Assembly: GCA_965208105.1 (NCBI GenBank)
Contig: OZ242318.1
Span: 4,160,001 to 4,224,000 of the forward strand
Reading direction: 5' to 3'
Length of the DNA stretch: 64,000 nucleotides
DNA from: Candidatus Latescibacterota bacterium
Lineage (GTDB): Bacteria > Latescibacterota > UBA2968 > UBA8231
The notes below the pieces were generated by a model, which was not told the DNA's origin, made no database searches, and was given only the letters and a program-made list of their open reading frames with translations. Below, one piece after another: positions 60,128 to 64,000 of the stretch; position 1 is the stretch's first letter; each line of letters starts with the position of its first letter. Position numbers and translations under genes: made by a program.

Positions 60128-62614
60128 TTGAAACCACCCTTGCCAGGATCCACTGCGTCGACATGCAGCGCGGCGACTGCCTCGGCAATATGCGCGCTTT
60201 TCTTCCTGCACGCCTGGTGCCTTCCCGGCGCGGGCGAATCAGCGGGTCCACCCAGCCTCGCTGCAGAGCGCGGGTCCGGACATCAGCGCATGTTGGCGAA
60301 GCTGCGGCAGATGGCCGCCGATCCTCCCGGAGAGCACTTTGTCTTTCCCCTGCAGAAAGCGCGGCGATTGCGCCGGGACCTGACCAGGGTGGAGGGGGGG
60401 GAACGCAAGGTGGATCCGTTCGAAAGGTGGCGGCTTCATTTTGAACTGGGACAGGCGGAGGTCAGGCTTGGGAACACCCGCAGGGGCATTTCCTCGTTGT
60501 TGAAGGCCCAGGAGGTGCTCGATGACCTCAGGGAATTTCTCGTGCGCCGCAATTTGGTCGACGTCAATCCTGCCGCAAGGCGGCGGATGGAAGATTTCGC
60601 GCTGCAGACGCGATTCTACCTGGGAGTGGCCTATCTGCGCCTCGGAGAGGAGCAGAACTGCAACCAGGTCCACAATGGCGAGGCCTGCATCCTGCCCCTT
60701 CGCGGCGGGGGGCTGCACGCCAGACCGGAAGGTTCGAGGAAGGCCATCGAATATTTCCTCCAGGTGCTGACAACGTCTCCGGCCGCGGAAGGGCGGCAGC
60801 CTGAGAGGGGGATGGCCGCGTCGGGACTGGCGAGCCCGGCGGAACCGGGTTCGAGGCAAGCCGCCCTGGCCATTCACTACCAGCAGGCGGCGCGCTGGCT
60901 GCTCAACATCGCCTACATGACCCTCGGCGCCTTTCCCGAGCAGGTTCCCGGGCAGTACCTGGTATCCCCCGAAGCCTTTCAGCCGGAGATCGACTTCCCG
61001 CGCTTCGAAAATGTCGCACCCAGGCTCGGACTCGACACCTTCAACCTGTGCGGCGGGGCCATCGTCGACGATTTCGACAACGACGATTATCTCGATATCG
61101 TCACCAGCACCTGGGACCTGAAGGGACAAATGCGGTTTTTTCGCAACAACGGGGACGGCACCTTTTCCGACCGTACCGAGGAAGCCGGATTGCTCGGCTT
61201 CTACGGCGGCCTCAACATGGTGCAGGCCGACTACGACAACGACGGGGACACCGACATTTTCGTTCTTCGCGGTGCCTGGCTCTCCAAATGGGGCCGGCAT
61301 CCCAACTCCCTCCTGAGCAACAACGGGGACGGCACCTTCGTGGACCGCACCTTCGAGGCCGGTCTGGGCTACGTTCACTACCCCACCAAGACGGCCAGTT
61401 GGGGAGACTACGACAACGACGGTGACCTGGACCTGTTCGTCGCCAACGAAACGGACCACAATGTCTTTGCTCCTACCCAGCTTTTTCGCAACAACGGGGA
61501 CGGCACCTTTACCGATGTCGCGTCTCAATCGGGGGTTCAGAGACATTGCTTTGGAATGGGGACGGCCTGGGGAGACTACGACGACGACCGCTACCCCGAT
61601 CTTTACGCGGCCTGCTGGCCCAACCAGCTATTCCACAACGACGGCGACGGCACCTTTACGAACGTCGCCGAAAAATTGGGGGCCGAGGGGCCGAAGCGGC
61701 CCTTTGCGGTCTGGTTCTGGGACTTCAACAACGACGGCTCCCTGGACCTGCTGGTCAACTCCTCGGCCGGCCCGGTGGGAATCCTTGCCCTGAATCCGCT
61801 GGGGATAGACGTGCCTGCGAGCGACCCGGCGCTGCGTTCCCTTCAGGAATCCGCCCCCGTGGAAGTAATGCATCTCTACCAGAATGACGGAGACGGTGGG
61901 TTCAAGGAGGTTGGGGAGCTCAAGAACCTGACCTATCCCGCCCAGCCCATGGGGGCGAATTTCGGTGATCTGGACAACGACGGTTATCTCGACTTCTACC
62001 TCGCCACCGGAGACGTCTGGTATTCGGAGTTGCGGCCCAACGTGATGTTCCTCAACAACCGCGGTGATGGTTTCACCAACGTGACCATGGCGGGGGGATT
62101 CGGCCATCTGCAAAAGGGCCACGGGGTTTCCTTTGCCGACCTCGACAACGATGGGGACCAGGATGTCTACGTCCAGATGGGCGGGGCCTATCCGGGGGAC
62201 AAGTTCAACGACGCTCTTTTCGAAAATCCGGGATTCGGCAATCACTGGATTACGGTGGACCTCGAGGGGAGGAGCTCGAACCGTTCGGCAATCGGAGCCC
62301 GCATCCACGCGCGCATCGTCGAGGAGGGCGGGGAGCGCTCGGTTTTCCGGCACGTCAACAGCGGCGGCAGTTTCGGCTGCAATCCCCTGCGTCAGACCCT
62401 CGGTCTGGGCAAGGCCGAACGCCTCCTGAAGCTGGAGGTCTTCTGGCCGACCACGGGGCTGACCCAGGTATTCGAAGGGGTTTCCATGGATCAAACCATC
62501 CGGATCGTCGAAGGCGAGACCCGCTATTTGCCGATAGAGCTGAAGAAGTTTACCCTCGGCGGCCCGCAAAGCACCTCTGCAACCTCTGCAGGCCATGATA
62601 ATCACGTCCACTAA
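60128..62614 (+). CDS. CRTAC1 / ASPIC-UnbV family FG-GAP repeat protein with N-terminal TPR-like region
   Basis: Many D(Y/F)DNDG..D and N.GDGTF repeats; LQKGHGV.FAD.D.DGD.D; NRSAIGA.I, GLG, V.WP; start uncertain (frame open from 59957). Confidence 0.85.
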   Translation: MKPPLPGSTASTCSAATASAICALFFLHAWCLPGAGESAGPPSLAAERGSGHQRMLAKLRQMAADPPGEHFVFPLQKARRLRRDLTRVEGGERKVDPFERWRLHFELGQAEVRLGNTRRGISSLLKAQEVLDDLREFLVRRNLVDVNPAARRRMEDFALQTRFYLGVAYLRLGEEQNCNQVHNGEACILPLRGGGLHARPEGSRKAIEYFLQVLTTSPAAEGRQPERGMAASGLASPAEPGSRQAALAIHYQQAARWLLNIAYMTLGAFPEQVPGQYLVSPEAFQPEIDFPRFENVAPRLGLDTFNLCGGAIVDDFDNDDYLDIVTSTWDLKGQMRFFRNNGDGTFSDRTEEAGLLGFYGGLNMVQADYDNDGDTDIFVLRGAWLSKWGRHPNSLLSNNGDGTFVDRTFEAGLGYVHYPTKTASWGDYDNDGDLDLFVANETDHNVFAPTQLFRNNGDGTFTDVASQSGVQRHCFGMGTAWGDYDDDRYPDLYAACWPNQLFHNDGDGTFTNVAEKLGAEGPKRPFAVWFWDFNNDGSLDLLVNSSAGPVGILALNPLGIDVPASDPALRSLQESAPVEVMHLYQNDGDGGFKEVGELKNLTYPAQPMGANFGDLDNDGYLDFYLATGDVWYSELRPNVMFLNNRGDGFTNVTMAGGFGHLQKGHGVSFADLDNDGDQDVYVQMGGAYPGDKFNDALFENPGFGNHWITVDLEGRSSNRSAIGARIHARIVEEGGERSVFRHVNSGGSFGCNPLRQTLGLGKAERLLKLEVFWPTTGLTQVFEGVSMDQTIRIVEGETRYLPIELKKFTLGGPQSTSATSAGHDNHVH

Positions 62615-62702
62615 TCTTCCCCATAAGGCCTGACCCGGGAAGACAGATGCGGCACCAGGGGTCGGTACTTATCCTGTCCGGCATCATCCGCGAGGAAGAA
62701 GA

Positions 62703-63638
62703 ATGAAAAAGTATCCAGCATACCTCTTTGCAACCTGTCTGTGTTTTCTGTTCCTCTACCCATCCGCTGCATCCGGCCAACCTTCCGCTGCTGAGGAAGA
62801 CGCCATGGAGCTCTTGGACCAGATCGAGACCCCCTACAACAACATCTTCATCTACGGCAACAAGAACCTTGTTTCAATGCGGTTCAAGCGCTACGGCCGC
62901 AGTTTCAACGAGTCAACGCTCAACGTCAACAACCCCCGGGATCTGCCCCTGTCTCATTATAAGCTGATGCCCGCCGGACTGCTGTACGTGGACGATCCGG
63001 AGAGCATGTTGATGGTGGGACTGGGTGGCGGAGTGACCTCGATGTACATTCACCGCTACGTGGCGGGCATGAACATCACCGCGGTAGAGATTGATCCCGG
63101 CGTCATCGATGCGGCGAAAAAATACTTTGGCGTGGCCGAGGATTCCACCTACAGCGTGGTCGCGGCCGACGGCCGCATTTTCCTGGTCAGGAGTCCCGGT
63201 TCCTTCGATGTAATCATCATCGACGCTTATAGAGGCGGCTACGTGCCTTTTCATCTGACCACCAGGGAATTCTATCTTCTTGTGGAAAAAAGGCTGAAGA
63301 AGGGGGGGTGTGTGGTCATCAACTCCCACGCCGGCAGTAGGCTGTTCGACAGCACCATAGCCACGGTGCGCAGCGTGTTCGAGAATATGGACGCTTTCAA
63401 AGGCGAAGGAAACAACGCCATACTGGTCGCCTATCACCACGCTGAAAAAAGCGCCGGCGAGCTGGAAGAAAAGGCGAAATCACTCCAGGAGAAGCACGGC
63501 TTTTACCACGATATAAGGGAAATCCTGAATGCGCGCTATCAGGTCTCGGCCGATTCAAACGCCGTAGTCCTCACCGACGATTTCTCTCCGGCGAACTATC
63601 TGAATGCGATTGAACGATACAATGAACCACGCTGGTAG
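62703..63638 (+). CDS. Spermidine-synthase-like class I SAM-binding protein with signal peptide
   Basis: VGLGGG, VEIDP, DGR.FL, FDVIIIDAY, PFHLTT.EFY, LTDD..P.N. Confidence 0.82.
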   Translation: MKKYPAYLFATCLCFLFLYPSAASGQPSAAEEDAMELLDQIETPYNNIFIYGNKNLVSMRFKRYGRSFNESTLNVNNPRDLPLSHYKLMPAGLLYVDDPESMLMVGLGGGVTSMYIHRYVAGMNITAVEIDPGVIDAAKKYFGVAEDSTYSVVAADGRIFLVRSPGSFDVIIIDAYRGGYVPFHLTTREFYLLVEKRLKKGGCVVINSHAGSRLFDSTIATVRSVFENMDAFKGEGNNAILVAYHHAEKSAGELEEKAKSLQEKHGFYHDIREILNARYQVSADSNAVVLTDDFSPANYLNAIERYNEPRW

Positions 63639-63679
63639 ACTGACTCGCTCAGGGAGGGCAGGATGCCCGGAATCCCTAG

Positions 63680-63839
63680 CAGCCCGTTGATAAAGTTGCT
63701 CTGCAGGCGAGGCCGAGGCATGGCGGTCGAAGGCAAGGCGTGCGACCGAGGCGAATCGAGGGGATTCGGGGAGGGAGCGCAACGCCGTATTCGACCGCCA
63801 GGGCCGGCCGCAGCCCGGATGGACTTTTTCAACGGGCTG
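63680..63839. mobile_element. MITE-like non-autonomous element (160 bp)
   Basis: Terminal inverted repeats CAGCCCGTTGATAAAGT / ACTTTTTCAACGGGCTG (16/17), flanked by CTAG and CCAG; internal TGGCGGTCGAA/TTCGACCGCCA palindrome. Confidence 0.7.
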
Positions 63840-64000
63840 CCAGCTCTCCTCTGTCTGCTGGTCGGCCTCTTGGGATGTTCCGAAGAACGCGGCGAAGGCG
63901 GCGAATCGACATTCGGCCATACCCCCCGCTTTGACCTCGATACGGCCTCCGAGTACACCGAATGGGGCGTCGCCCTCTCCAGGAAGGGTGACAGAGCCGG

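Overview
GC-rich bacterial chromosomal window with about 46 CDS and no rRNA, tRNA, CRISPR array, phage or transposase that I could detect. C-terminal 'YPNPFNP...SSGVYFYR...MTLLK' (FlgD/T9SS-type) domains, a DUF6785-like membrane protein and paralogous beta-propeller hydrolases suggest an FCB-group organism such as Latescibacterota (inference). Layout: (1) 1-13.5 kb, a DUF58/Bat (vWA-TPR) operon with an embedded GldA/F/G-like ABC module; (2) housekeeping genes (polX, gatC, pyrG, fused lptC/A, lptB, rpoN, fabI); (3) catabolic accessory genes (ComDE-like plus LarA-like, sulfatase, deacetylase, UxuA, glycoside-hydrolase-like proteins, racemase, FAD oxidoreductase); (4) a ~2.3-kb tandem duplication of a secreted 650-aa protein gene; (5) a split MFS/spermidine-synthase pair around a CRTAC1-like gene, then a MITE. 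The best novelty candidate is the AT-rich leader of both duplicated genes. It keeps an upstream reading frame ending QVSWFERR-stop, whose last codons form a Shine-Dalgarno sequence in a hairpin loop, plus a second hairpin with an anti-SD loop, suggesting a translational switch. All product calls come from motif recognition by eye, not database searches.
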